Assembly: GCF_963921235.1 (NCBI RefSeq)
Contig: NC_086109.1
Span: forward strand, 22,570,001-22,634,000
Direction of reading: 5' to 3'
Length of the DNA: 64,000 bases
DNA from: Mobula hypostoma
Lineage: Eukaryota
The notes under the pieces were generated by a model. That model ran no database searches. It saw only the letters and a program-made list of their open reading frames with translations, and had not been told where the DNA came from. The position numbers were made by a program, and so were the translations under genes. Shown here piece by piece: positions 49,690-63,476 of the stretch. Every line of letters starts with the position of its first letter. Within the stretch, counting starts at the first letter, position 1.

Positions 49690-50760
49690 CTCTACTCCAT
49701 CTACATGCTTACAAATGATACCAGTGCAGTGAGCACACCTCAAATAATGATGAGTCAGAGAACAGGAAGGAGAAGGACGTAGGGTTACGAAACAACCTTT
49801 CCCTCGATATCAGAAAAAGAACTGGTCATTGACTTCAGGAAGCAGGGCAGCGTGTATGCTCCTGTTTACATCAACAGTGCCGAGATCGAGAGGGCCGTGA
49901 GCTTCAAGTTGAGGGGTGGAGAGTTTTTGTTTCCTCGGAGTGAACGTCACCAATAGCTGGCCAAACCACAGAGATGCCACAGCCAGGAAAGCTCACCAGC
50001 ACCTTTACTTCCTCGGGAGGTTAAACAAATTTGGCATGTCCCTGTCAATGCTGTGTAATGATTTGATCTGCATGAAGAGTAAACAAGACAGGCGTTTCAG
50101 TGTGCCACTGTACGTGACAATAATAAACTAGTTCCAAAACCGTTCCCATTTCCTGCAGAGGCTGAAGAAGTTTGGCAAGCCCCCACAAACCCTTACCAAA
50201 TTTTATCAATGCACCATAGAAAGCATCCTGTCTGGGTGCTTTATGTCTGAGTATGGCAACTGCTCTGCCCATGAGCACAAGAAACAGCAAAACTTTGTCT
50301 ACATAGCTCAGCACTTCATGGAAACCAGCTTCCCCTCCATGGACTCGGTCTATACTTCTTGCTGTCTCAGTAAATCAGCCAGCGTAATCAAAGACTCACC
50401 CCACCCCCACACCAGGGATTCTCTCTTCTCCCACTCCCCCTCAATCAGGCAGATGATATAAATGCCTGAACTCACAGACCACCGGTCTCAAGAATAGTTT
50501 CTACCCCAGTGTTGTGAGTCTATGGAATGGTTCCCTAGTATGATAAGATGGACTCTTGGCCTCACAATCTACCAGGTGATGACCTTGCATCTAATTGTTT
50601 GCCTGCACTATGATTTCTCTGTAGCTGCTATGCTTTATTAGGCATTGCTATTGTTTTACCTTGTTCTAGCATAATACACTGTGCCCTGTACGAACAGTAT
50701 GCAAGACAAGCTTTTCACTGCACCTCAGTACATGTGACTATAATAAATCAATTCCAACTC
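49690..50760 (+). mobile_element. Rex1/Babar-like LINE fragments (rearranged or partially duplicated)
   Basis: ELVIDFRK, ARKAHQHLYFLGRLNKFGMS, FYQCTIESILSG remnants; two gtacgtgacaataataaa-type tails. Confidence 0.75.
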
Positions 50761-53031
50761 TAAGGAATTATGTTAAATTCATTCAAAGCAATTGAGAAGG
50801 TTTGAAGTTCAAAGTAAATGTATTATCAAAATACAACTTCGAGGTTCATTTTCTTGTGGGCATACTCAATAAATCCATAATAGAATAATAACCATAACAG
50901 AATCAATGAAGACTGCCTCAACTTGGATATTCAACTAGTGTGCAAAAGACAAAAAGAAGGAAATAATAATAATAATTAATAAATAAGCAATAGATATTGA
51001 GAAAACGAAATGACGAATGCTTAAAAGTGAGTCCACAGCTGGTGCTGAGGTGCCTACCTATTGCAGTCTGAAAGGTGTGGGTATACCCACCACTCTGTTA
51101 TGGAGGAAGTTCTGGGATTTGGACACGGAGACAGTAAAGGAACTGCAATATATTTCCAAGTCAGAACAGTGTGCGGCTTGGAGGACAGCTTCTAGGCAGT
51201 GAAATTCTCAAGCTCTTGCTCCCTTTGTCGTAGCTGCTGGAGGTCATGGGTTTGGAAGGTGCTGTCCACGCACTCCCATTGAGTTTCTGCAAGGCGTCGT
51301 GCGGATGGCACGAGCTGCCGTTATTGCGGGTTGGAGGTGGGTTGTGGGTGGAGTGCTGCTATGTCTAGTGTTGTTGAAGCTTCACTCATCCAGGGAAGTG
51401 GGGAGTATTCCAGCTCAATCCTGATAAGTCCACTAGGGGGTGGGGTGGTGGTGGTGGAGTTAGGAGACCAGTTACTAACTGCAGGATTCCTAGACTCCTG
51501 AGCAAGCTTTTATATAGTCGAACACAAAGGAATCAATTTCAGGATAGAATCTAATTAGTGTTTGGAGGGGGTTGGGATTATATATAAACTACAAAAACCT
51601 AGAAAGGTCTTGCAATCTGGAATGTAATCGAAGGGCTTGAATGATTTATGAATAGAATTACAAATATCCTGAGGTTACAGGCTGGAATGTAATCAAGGGG
51701 CCTCACTGGTTTACATTCAGAGTTACAGATGCTTGGGTACAAGTTACAGGCAGGAATGTGATCATCAGGCCCCAGTAGCTTACTAGTTATGGATATCTGG
51801 GTTTTAGTTACAGTCTGGAATAGAGTCAAGGATCCTGAATGTTTCATATATATATTACCAACACCCTGGCATATGTTGCAGGCCTGATTATTATTGAGGA
51901 GAGTTGGGTGGTGGGTATGAGAGTGCATTGAATTTTATATGTAGGCTAATATATATCTAGGAGGTAAGGTCCAGACAAGAATTAAATCAAGATGAATCTG
52001 TCTGAATTGCAAACTAAATCTAGTACTATCTTAATAATTATTCATTTCAAGTTCGACGTTCTTTATTCTTTCTACAGTGGCAAACTGAGTGTGAAGGGCT
52101 GGCAGTAACAATGATGGGGCCTGTTTGATAAGAAGCTGTCAGTGTCTGTCTGTACCTCGGCAGCCAGTGTGATACAAGTGGTTTGTATGAGTGACGTCAA
52201 TCACAGCATTACCTCTGATACATTGACCAGGGTGAATATCCCCTGGCAGCGGGATTAGAGAAATTCTCTGCATTTTTTTCCATTTCCCTCCATGCTCCTC
52301 AGAGAGTTGACCCAGAATGGACTATGGTCTGAAGAGTTCAACATCCATGATTCCACAACATCCCACGCATTCATTATTATCTTCCAATGTGATCCTGGAC
52401 AGAGAGAGCCAACAAATCGTTTATTGCTGCACCAGTCGCATCCACTCACGCAGCTTCCATTTGGAGTTTATTGAATTGCGATCAGGAGCAGGAACCTGAG
52501 CTGCTTTTCTTCCTCCTGCATCCAAGTGCGGTCACCTTTTCCCTTTCTGACCACCTCAGGCCTTCTCAGAGATTTACCACAGAGAATGGCGAATGACTTT
52601 GACACAGTCTGCAACACATGAAACTCGCAGGGTTCGTGAATCGGTGAGACCGCAGGTTGAGGCCTAGTGCCTGGGGTCCCGTTATGGGCAAGTCTGGTGT
52701 TAGAACTCTAACGTTCGGTGATCGAGGATTGAGGCCTGAGGGTCAAATAGTAAGTCTTGAAGCCGACTCCCGTTGGCTGGAGCCCCGAGCCCACGAATCT
52801 CTGCGAGTCCACTAGGAAAGTTGGATCCCGAGTCCGAAGCTGAGTCCACTAAAGGCTGGAAACCAAAGAAGACAGCTTTGTCCTGCGGTTGGAAGTCAGT
52901 GTCTGTGCGTGGGTGGGAGGAGGAATGGGGCTTGTTTTGCTGTTGTTATTTTGTTGCTTGTTGTGTCACGTGTTGTACTGCTGAGCAGTTTGGGCGTGCT
53001 ATATTGTCATGGGAACATGTGGCGACACTTA

Positions 53032-53320
53032 CACCATAAGACCATAAGACATAGGAGCAGAATTAGGTCATTCAGCCCATCAAGTCTGTCCCACCATTCC
53101 ATCATGGCTGATCCCAGATCCGACTTAATCCCATACACCTGCCTTCTCGCCATATCCTTTGATGACCTGACCAATCAGGAAACGATCCAATTCCACCTTA
53201 AATCTATGCACGGACTTGGCCTCCACCACAGTCTGTGGTAGAGCATTCCACAGATTCACTACTCTTTGGCAAAAAAAAAATTCTTCCTTACTTCTGTTCT
53301 AAAGGGTTGCCCCTCAATTT
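53032..53320 (-). mobile_element. CR1 LINE 3' end
   Basis: (accataag)2 acataggagcagaattagg tail; RVVNLWNALP remnant. Confidence 0.8.
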
Positions 53321-56300
53321 TCTAAGAAGGATAAGATAATCTGAGTAACTCTTTAATCAATGAGACCCAAGCATTATGAGAGAAGAGTGATGGAGATGAA
53401 ATTAGGTGAAGAAACAAAACCAGCGACAGGAGAAGAAATCATGGAAAGAAAAATTAGAAACAGGAGAAAATCTGCAAATGCTGAAAATCTAAAGCAGCAC
53501 ACACAAAATGCTGGAAGAACTCAGCAGGCCAGACCGCATTGATGGAAACGCGTAAACTGATGGACGGTCTCGGCCCGAAATGTCGACTGTACTCTTTTCT
53601 ATAGGTGCTGCCTGGCCTGCTGAGTTCCTCCAGCACTTTGTGTGTGTTACCAATGAGAAATTAGCATGAGAGTGTGAGAGAAAATGGAGAAGGAAAGTTA
53701 ACATTTTAACATTTAAACTGTGATCTTTTGAGAAAGATTACCAATTTATTATGTGTCAGAATGAGACTGAGCAAGTTAAATATTTCCCCTCTGTGCTTAA
53801 AAGGCTGTACATATAATTATCACATCATTAATATGCACTTAATTACATACCAATTTCTGCTATTAGCCTGCAAATGCTGCAAATTCTTGGAAATGCAGGA
53901 GTAATTAAGGGTTAGGCATATAAGTAAAATGAAAAGCACCATGTCACTCAACAAGTTCTGGAGATTCACGACTTGCACCACGTCCGTTCACTGAATGTGC
54001 AGATCTATTTGCACATTAATAACATCCCTAATATAGAGTTAGTATCCATTAGACAGAGCCCAAGGTAATTCTCCATCTCTCTTCAGTCATCAACAGCTGT
54101 GGAACAATGGAAATCCTCATAAGACATATACATATTCATTTTGACTCTTGGCACAGAGATGCTCATCAGTGATGGTGGGGCGATCTTCTCAATGTGTAAT
54201 TAGGAAAATAGTTGCAGTGTGAAACAATCAGCGAATTAGATTCAACAGATCCCAGTTAAGTAGGTCAGGAAGGCCTCTAGAGACGTGCACAAACTGTCAG
54301 ATTGCACCAGAAATTGTCAGATCCACAACACTGACAGCCTGCCTAGTTCCTTTAAAGACTTTGTTCTGAACAAGATATGAATGTCAGCATTAGGAAATCA
54401 GGAATATTTCCATTTAAGGCACACAACCCTGGTATGAAGGCTAGATGTAGAATAAGTCCTTTTCCACACCAAATGTACTTAAATCTATTGTACATTCTTT
54501 TAGAGTCTGTGCAATAAGTTCAAGAGCTGCAAGGCTGACACAATTTTTCTACGTACTTTTTTAACTTATCATTTTATCTTATAAAGTTTATGGGAAAACA
54601 TTACACAGGATTCCAAACAAGACATGGCAAACGTTTTAGTGAGCTGCTCCTAGGCATCACCTGACACATACCTTGAGTGCAGCCAACTAAAGTGGTTCCC
54701 ATGGTTCTGTATATGTTTTGCAGCCAAGCAATTTCCACTGACCTTGAGGCCATCTGCAAAGTGGCTCCTGTGTCAGAGACAACAGGATCAGAAATCTTGT
54801 CCTGATGATCTTTAGACAGCTTGTGTTGTCAGAAGTCTTTTTAATACCAATCTCTCTGATGACGAAAGACATTTAAAACCTAGTGGATTATATTCATACT
54901 TTTAAATTTTAAAAACTTTTTAAACATTTGAAAAATAAGAAATGTAGCTAAAGTACATTGATCTGCATTATATTGATATAAAACATTCATAGTAATCAAG
55001 TAAAGAAAAAATACTTAGCTTCATTTACGTTTTCTATAAAAATCAGTAATCATATTTGTATGACTAGGTATGCAGCTGAGTAGCCAGATGTGAAAATCAT
55101 CCAGACCCCTCGTTCAGATCAATTAGGAACCACAGTTGGACTCAGTGGCAGATATAGAGGCATTGGCATCAGACCTCCAGTACGTTTTGCTGAGATACAG
55201 AACATGCTGACGATGACCACCACAATAATGGTCCTCTCCCAAATTGTTAGCAAAAAGGAGTAAGCATTGAACTACATATGCATTGCTCCACAATTAACCA
55301 CTACAGGTGCTACAACCATTTTCAGAAATTGGAATTTGCTTTATTAATCTCTGACATTTTATACTAACCAGATTTAAAGTTGCAGCCTTTTGCAATATTC
55401 TTCTCAGCAAAGTTTTCCAGTAGAGAATAATCATTTTGCATGAGTGATATTCCATGAAATAATGACATTAACTACAGTATATTCGGTCTGTCAGTTTCTT
55501 CACTGTGTGCAGAAATTAGTGTATTGAGGTAGGTTGGGCATGAGATTACTTTGCCTTTCCATTATTATATCCAGGAGGAGATTGAGATGCAAAATTATGT
55601 TTCATTTCAAGTCACTTATTTTATAATAAGTGAACAATATTTCATAGTTAAGAAGCAACAAACAAATTATTAGAGGAACAATGTGGGTCATCTGTCATGG
55701 GAAAGGAACTGTTGCCATTTCAGAATGAAACGCTTCTTCAGTCCTGTTGCCGGGTTTGAACCCAATGCATTGGCAATTTCCTTCCCCCACATATGCTGTG
55801 TGACCTGCTGACTTCTAGCAGATTGTTTGTTGCTCCAGATTCCAGCATCTACAGTCTCTTGCGACTTCATAGCTAAGACCTAGTGATTTGTTATTTTTCA
55901 TGCCAAATGCAATATCTTCTTCCTACTCTGGAACATTCCTTCTTCCTCCTTCATAACTGTTTTTCTTAGAACTTGATGACATCATTGAGGTCCACAGAAT
56001 TAATGTAGGACTGCTAGCACTACATTCTGCAGACATCATAGTTTCTGCAGATACTGGAAATCCAGGGCAACACACACAAAGTGCTGAAGAAACTCAGTAG
56101 GTCAGGTTGTATTTATGGGGAGAAATAAACAGATGAAGGGTCTCAGCCCAAAATATCGACTGTTTTTTCCTCTCCATAGATACTGCCTGACCTGCTGAAT
56201 TCCTCCAGAATTTTGCAGAAGTGCTCTGCAGGAGAATCATAAGCACACCATGTGGAGTTCCACACAGAAGCTGAATGCTGACTGACTGAAGCCATCTCAT

Positions 56301-58333
56301 TTCTTATGGTGCTGACGTCTTACACACGGTGCTGTAGGGCTGGTCCATCCAAACTAGTGGGCAAAATTAAATTATACATTATTAACCCATTTTATGTGCC
56401 AGCTGAATTTATAAAGTTAGATTATCAAAGAGCATGTTGCACATCACCGAAAGTTACACTTGAATTGTAGAAGAATCCCACGTGTCTCAAAAAGTGTGCA
56501 CTGCCCATCCCTTATCGTGAATGTCTCATCAGGCACTCTACACAAAGTACTTCACAGGTTGGATACAGAGTCTAGCATTCTGTGTTATCCCATCAAACAC
56601 TCTCGAGGTAGCGTCAGCTCTGTCTAGATACAAGTTAAAGTTCCCTCTGAACTATCCCATTGGACACCCAATACAGGGACAGCAGAGGCTGGGCTGGAGC
56701 TCACTCTACATTAACCATTCAAATACTCCTGGGGTTGGATTCAAAGCTCAGATCCTTCAGTTTTGTCACTATAAAGCATTTGTAGGACAGTTAGAACTTA
56801 ATTGAATTTTTATTACTTAGAAAGGATTCTACTGTTTTACAAGAACTTGGTTATATCCTGATCTACCCTCCGCCCTGCCCCTACCCCTTCCCCTAGTAAC
56901 AAGCTTGCAAGTAGAAACCAGCTTTATTTGGGAGAATGGGATGAATTGCAGTTCTACAGTACTGTGAATGTAATGACAGAGGGTCTGTGGGAGACGAAGA
57001 CAGGACTTTTGAAATCACAGTAAATATTATATTGCAAGTCCACCTTGAAGCACAGCTAATTCCTGAGTGTTATCACTTACCTAACAAAACCTGTATTCCT
57101 ATTCCAGAAGTGAAATACGTGAGATGCTGGAAATTTGAAGTTAAAAAAATGGAAAATGTTGGAAATACTCCACAGGCAAGGCAGCATCTGTAGAGAGTTA
57201 AAAAGAAAGGTAAAATGGCACCAGCGAACAACGCAGCCAATGACGATGTTCTGATGACAGTTCACAAAACTACTTCTTCTTTCAAATATGATTCTTCAAC
57301 TAAGCTGTATGCGATTGGAACCTGTGACTTACATTTTGATGGTGTGTTTTAGTGATTGAGCAATCTGGCACTTTGCTGTGTCCGAGAGAGTTCGGTGAGG
57401 TTTGGAGTGGAGTGTGTGCCCTGGAGACTGGGCCCAACACAACGGATTCTGTTGTTGCTCTTGAGGGTGTGAGCCCATGACTGACTCCACTGATTCCCTC
57501 TGAGGTGTCGAGCAAGGTTGAAATCGATGAGGAAGAGAGCGGAAGACCTGCGGGTGTTTGGCACAGTGTGCGTGGGTTTTAACACAAAATACTCTGCAGG
57601 TGCTGGGGTCAAAGCAACACTCACAACACGCTGGAGGAACTCAGCAGGTCGGGCAGCATTTGCGTGGGTTTGATTGGTCTTCCTCTCTCTCTCTCTCTCT
57701 CTCTCGCTAGCTGCTGTCAGAGGAAAGTGCAGGAATCTTGGGATCCATGTTGCCTGGACTTGTTTTTGGGGGACTTTGAAGTTTATGTTGCATGTATACC
57801 TGGATTCTGGTTACCCATTTCTTTCCTGTTTTTGAACGACGTGATCGGAGTGATCAATACAGACTGGAGCACTTCAGTGAACAATGGCCACGTGGCCTGC
57901 ATTGGCTAGAGGTGTGGCACTGAAATGAACAAAACTGAATACCACTGCTTTGATGTTTGACATTCTGTGTGTTGTTCATTCGCTTTTCGCCATTTGTGCA
58001 ATTTGTTCTTTTCTTGCGCATTGGCTACTTGATGTTTACTTGAACGGGTTCCATGGTGTTTCGTTGTTTCATGGCTGCCTGTAGGAGAACGAATCTCAGA
58101 GATTTGTTCTGTAAATGTACGTTGATAATAGACGTACTTTGAATCTTTGGCTCTTTGAATTAATGTTTCAAGTCAATGACCTTCCATCAGACTTAGGAAA
58201 AATAAAAAGATAATACAAGGTGAAGTGAAGGGAGGAGCAAAGGACAAAATACAGGAATGAGGAGAGTGTATGAGACATTAAATGAAAAGAGATAATAATT
58301 CCCTTATTTATAGGTGACAAAGTCAAGATAACA

Positions 58334-58960
58334 GGGCAGCATGGTAGCGACAGGGTGACACGGTACCGGTCAGGGTAATGCTAATACAGCACCAAGGACC
58401 TGGGTTCAATCCCACCTCAGTCGTAAGAAATTTCTATGTTCTCCCCATGACCTCATAGGTTTTCTCCAGGTGCTCCGGTTTCCTCCCACTTTCCAAAGAC
58501 CTACGGGTTAGGGTTAGGGTTAGGGATGAGTAGTCTTTGGCGTACTGCAAGTCTTGTGTCTTCATTGATGCTTTGTTGCACACTTGGGTGCTCGGTGGAA
58601 GGCGTAGATTCTTTTTTCTTGGTGGAGGGGGGGCATTGACTTGCTGCTGCTTGTGCGTGGGAGGGGGGATCTGGGGTGGGGGGGAGATTTGGGGTTCTAA
58701 CATTTAACTGTCATTCATTCTTTGGGGCACGTCTCTGTTTTCGTGGATGCTTGCAAAGAAAAAGAATTTCAGGATGTATATTGTATACAGTTCTCTGACA
58801 TTAAATGTAACTATTGAACCTATTGAGTAAGTTATGGGGATGCTATTTTGGTGCCGGAAGCAGGGCCCATAGCACATCTCGTCCTTGGACTATGTTGGGT
58901 GTTGATACAAACGATGCATTTCATGGTTTCAATCACAGGTGACAAATAAAGCTCATTTCT
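58334..58960 (+). mobile_element. HE1/V-SINE-like SINE interrupted by a ~300-bp insertion (~58527-58825)
   Basis: gggcagcatggtagcg...gggttcaatccc head, core, tgagta duplication around the insert, gtgacaaataaagct tail. Other family members lie at ~26165-26400, 27975-28300, 30410-30700 and 49200-49470. Confidence 0.75.
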
Positions 58961-60214
58961 AATTCAAGGAAAAGAGCACAGCAATGGGACAGGTAGAAGA
59001 ACAAATCAGCAGTTGAGAGGAAAAGTAAATGTGAGAAGCTGAACATTATCTGAAATTCCATGAGGGAAATACAAACGGTGGTGGAGATTTGAACTAAAAA
59101 CAATAAATCCTCACAATGATTTTATCTGAAAGCTTTACATTCAGTTTCGAGACTAAAAGGTTGTAATAAGCCTAATCAAAAGCTGAAGCTAACACCAAGC
59201 TCTGATGGGATGTAGAGGAGGACAAGGACAGTAAGGTTATTTGGCCAACACACACAAAATGCTGGAGAAAATCAGCAGGTCAGGCGGCACCCATAGAAAT
59301 GAATAAACAGTTGTCGGTTCGGGCCAGGACCTTTAATCAGTTTATTTTCATTGCTTATTTATTTCCATAGATGCTGCCTGACCTGCTGAGGATCCAGCAC
59401 TTTGTGTGTGTTGCTCTGGATTTCCAACGTATGCAGAATCTCTTGTCTTTAAGGTTATTTGGTCTTGGTGTGGAGAGCAGAAGAGTAAACGTACAAATCA
59501 ACCAGTGTTTCACTTGAAAGAGTGATTGGAGACCTAGAAGTTGGAAGGATGGAGTAAGATTGTGAGTGTTGCATTATCGACATCAGGTTCCTGATTACGA
59601 CTTGCTGAAAGGAGAGCATGAAGTAACTGTAGCCCTTCCGTATGTCACCTCATATCGAGAACTCTCATGGTGCAGTCTCCATGGAAGTGTGATCAACCTT
59701 CAATCTTTCACATGAGTCTGAGCTCCCTTCAGGTCCACTAAATGAATACAAAAGATCTCAAGAGGAGAAGGGAAGCCGCGTCATGTCCTAGCTGATATTT
59801 ATTGCTTATTCAAATAAAATTAATGATTTGGTCATTGTCATATTGCTATTTGTAGAATCCTACTGTAAACACATTATACATTACCAAATTGTCTGTAAGA
59901 CACTACAGAAAAAATGAGAAAGCCCTATTTAAAGCTCATCCCTTATTCAAACTGACACTGGGTCTTGCTTATCTCTTATCCCTGTAGGTGTCAATCGATA
60001 TTGGCTCCTGATCTGGCAATGCTTCAGTTTGAGATTGCTGATCTGACTTTCAGATTCCTGTTAGGCATTGTCCTTTTATTACTTTTTCTTCTTCCTAGGC
60101 ATTCCCTTAAGATTGAGAACAGTTTGCTTCCACTCCTGTTTTGCAGGTCATGAGTGATCATTGTGGGAATAACCAAATTTTCCACATCTTTATATTCACC
60201 CCCCTCCCCCACTC

Positions 60215-61010
60215 TCAGCTTTTGGTAGGGATCGCTCTCTCTGTGATTCCCTTGTCCATTTGTCCTTCCTCACTAATCTCCCTCCTGGCACATTATCTCT
60301 GAAAGTGACGGAAGTTCAATACCTGCCCATTCACCTTCTCCCTTACCTCCTGTCAGAACCCCAAATGGTCCTACCAACACGTCACCTGTGAACCTGTTGG
60401 GGTCGTCTACTGTATCTGGTGCTCCCAATGCGGCCTCCTCTACATTGGTGAGGCCCAGCGTAAGTTGGGGGACTGTTTTGTTCAGCTCCTCTGCTCCTTC
60501 TACCAAAAGCGGAATTTCACAGTGGCCAACCATTTCAATTCCTATCCCCATTCCCATTCTGACATGTCGGTCCATGGCCTCCTCCTCTTATGCCAAGATG
60601 AGGTCACTCTCGGGGTCAGGAGCAGCATCTCATATTCTGTCTGAGTAGCCTCCAACCTAATAGCATGAATGTCGATTTCTCCTTCTAGTATTCTTTCCCT
60701 CTTCTTCTACTCCCCACTCTGACCTCCTGCCTCTTCTCGTCACCTGCCTATCACATTCCCCTAGTGACCTTCCTTCTTCCCTTTCTCCCATGGTCCACTC
60801 TCCTCCCCCATCAGATACCTTCTTCTCCAGCCTTTTATCTTTCCTACCCACCTGGCTTCATCTATCACCCTCCTTACCCTTCCCCTAATCAGGCATCTTC
60901 CCCCTCCATTTCCAGTCCTGAAGGAGGGTCTCAGCTCTAAACATTGACTGTTTATTCATTTCCACAGATGCTGCCTGACCTGCTGAGTTCATCCAGAGTA
61001 ACGTGTGTGC
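60215..61010 (+). mobile_element. Penelope-like element, degenerate GIY-YIG plus 3' terminus
   Basis: TCEPVGVVYCIWCSQCGLLYIGE remnant; mutated hammerhead at ~60913-60950. Confidence 0.8.
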
Positions 61011-61744
61011 AACTCCTTCACAGATGGGTATGGCGACATAATAGATTGTGAGATGGCGTGCTCCTGATCCCTGGATTCGAGGTTTTCAGTATCTCCTTCT
61101 CCACTCTGAACACTTGATAGCCAGAGATTCCTGGGATGTTGCAACCTCCTCAAGGGAACTTTGAGACCTCAGCATCCTGAACCTTTGAGCATTCCTGATG
61201 CTTTATCTGTCATCGCTTGCACACCGTGTAAGCAGTGTGTCCCGTCTACAAAGTAGAATGAGACTACCCCAACAGCACCCACCGAGCCCCAACTCTCCAC
61301 CACCATGAAGAACCAAGGCAGCAAGTACATGGAACATTGGGACTTGCAGAGATGCCCTCAACCTGCAACTTCCTGCCCAACAACACTGTGAGGGCATCTT
61401 CACCAGAAACACAGCAATGGTTCAAAATAACACACACAAAACGCTGGAGGAACTCAGCAGGCCAGGAAGCATCTATGGAAAAAAAGTACAGTCGACATTT
61501 TTGGCCAAGACCCTTCATCAGGACTGGAGAAAAAAGACGAGGAGTCAGAGTGAGAAGATGGGGGAGGGGAGGAAGAAACACAAGGTGTCAGATGAAACTG
61601 GGAGGGGTGGAGGGGTGAGGTAAGGAGCTGGGAAGTTGATTGGTGAAAGAGATACAGGGATGGAGAAGCAAGAGTCTGATAGAAGAGGAGAGAAGGCCAT
61701 GGAAGAAAGAAAAGAGAGAAGGAGCACCAGAGGGAGGTGATGGG

Positions 61745-62990
61745 TGCTACAATGGGGTGTTGGGGAGTGGACCCAAGTGAAGGACACAGACACATACATA
61801 GCATTAACAGAAGTGTGTTTATTAATAGTTGCCAGGAAAGCCGGGGAGTGAGGAGAGAATGCTTACATAGACGAGGATGCAGGACAACAAACAGGAGGAG
61901 CTCAGACACGGAGCCTGGACTTGGACTTGGACTTGGATTCGGAGCGTGGATTTGGACTCACACTTGGACACAGAGCCTGGACTTGGACCTGGACTTGGAC
62001 ACTGAGCCTGGACTTGGACTCGGACTTGGACCCAGAGCCTGGACTTGGACTTGTACACGGGATGACAAAACCAAACAAAGACAGACAATTCGTATCTTGG
62101 CTCGGAGGAGTGGCAAATGGCCAGCAATCCCTTAGCTGGACACGAAGAGACAGAATTCCCAACTCGGAGTAGCGGCAAACGGCCGGACAACTCAGCTGGA
62201 AACGAGACGACTAAACCAAACAACAACAGACAATCCATATCTTGACACAGAGTAGCTCATGAAGCAGCAAACAGCCAGAAACCACTCAACTGGACACGAA
62301 GAGACAGAATTCTGAACTCAGAGTAGCGGCAAACGGCTGGACCTACTCAGCTGGAAACGAGACGACTAAACCAACCAATGACAGACAATACGAATCTTGA
62401 CATGGAGTAGCTCATGAAGTTCCCACTGGGCCAAAAGGCCTGTATTCTTTGAGGGCCAAAGGGCCTGCATTGTGCTGTAGGTTTTCTATGTTTTTCTAAG
62501 CGGCAAACAGCTGGCAACCCCTTAGCTGGACACGAAGAGACAGAATTCCCAACTTGGAGTAGCGGCAAACGGCTGGACCTGCTCAGCTGGAAACGAGACG
62601 ACAAAAACCAAACAATGTCAGTCCATTTGTATCTTGGCTCGGAGTGGCGGCAATCAGTCAGCAAATCTCAGCTGGACATGAAAATGACAGAATTCGCATC
62701 TTGACTTGGAGTAGCGGCAAATCGGCCGGCAACTCAGCTGGACACGAAAACGACTAAATTCACTAAGCAGCCACAGGCACCGAAGCAACTTAGAGTCCAC
62801 GGTTCTCGGAGGCTCCGGGACGAGCATAGCTACACTGGCTACGGTGACGAACCAGCCGCGAGTAGATGTAAGCGGGAGTCTTTATGCTGCCGGTTCGAAT
62901 GAGGATCAGGTGCCCTAATCAAGGAGCCCAGTGGAACACGGGGAAAAGGAAATTAACTGAAATGAGGAGTCAACAGACTGGACCGTGACA
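61745..62990 (-). mobile_element. Solo LTR (Gypsy/BEL-like), 1246 bp
   Basis: TG...CA termini; 5-bp TSD ATGGG (61740-61744, 62991-62995). On minus, a TATA-like CATAAAG near 62885 and AATAAA at 61818-61823. Internal (GGACTT)n and ~120-bp subrepeats. Confidence 0.85.
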
Positions 62991-63064
62991 ATGGGTGGGC
63001 AAGGTGATAAGGTGAGAAAGGGGAAAGGGGATGAGGAATGGTGAAGGAGGTGGGGGTGAAAGTA

Positions 63065-63476
63065 TTACTGGAAGTTCAAGAAATTGAAGTTCATGCCATC
63101 AGGTTGGAGGCTACCAAGATGAAACAGAAGGTTCCTCCAACATGAGCGTGGCCTTATCATGACAGTGGATGAAGCCATGGAGTGACATATTTGAATGGAA
63201 ATAGTAAGTGGTATTAAAATGGGTGGCCACTGGGAGATCCCGCCTTTTTTGACAGACGAAGCATGGGTGCTCAGCGAAGCGTTCTCCAAATCTACGTCGA
63301 GTCTCACCAATATACAAGAGACCACACCAGGAGCACCAAACACAGCATATGACCCCAACAGACTCACAGATAAAGTGTTGCCTCACCTGGAAGGAATGTT
63401 TGAGACCCTGGATGGTAGTGACGGAGGAGATGTAGGGGCAGGTATAGCACTTGTTCTGCTTGCAAGGATAAGTAAC
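63065..63476 (-). pseudogene. GIY-YIG endonuclease domain of a Penelope-like element (frameshifted near the C-terminus)
   Basis: YPCKQNKCYTCPY...FICESVGVICCVWCSWCGLLYIGETRRRFGERFAEH...PVATHFN...LEE / LLFHLGSLQPDGMN. Confidence 0.88.

Noticed and set aside
61737..62238. ORFs with LDLDLD / VQVQVQ / SKSKS repeats
   Set aside because: Translations of the (GGACTT)n array within the solo LTR.
62065..62760. Regularly spaced repeats resembling a CRISPR array
   Set aside because: Eukaryotic context; the 'spacers' are themselves repeated; no cas genes; contained within an LTR.
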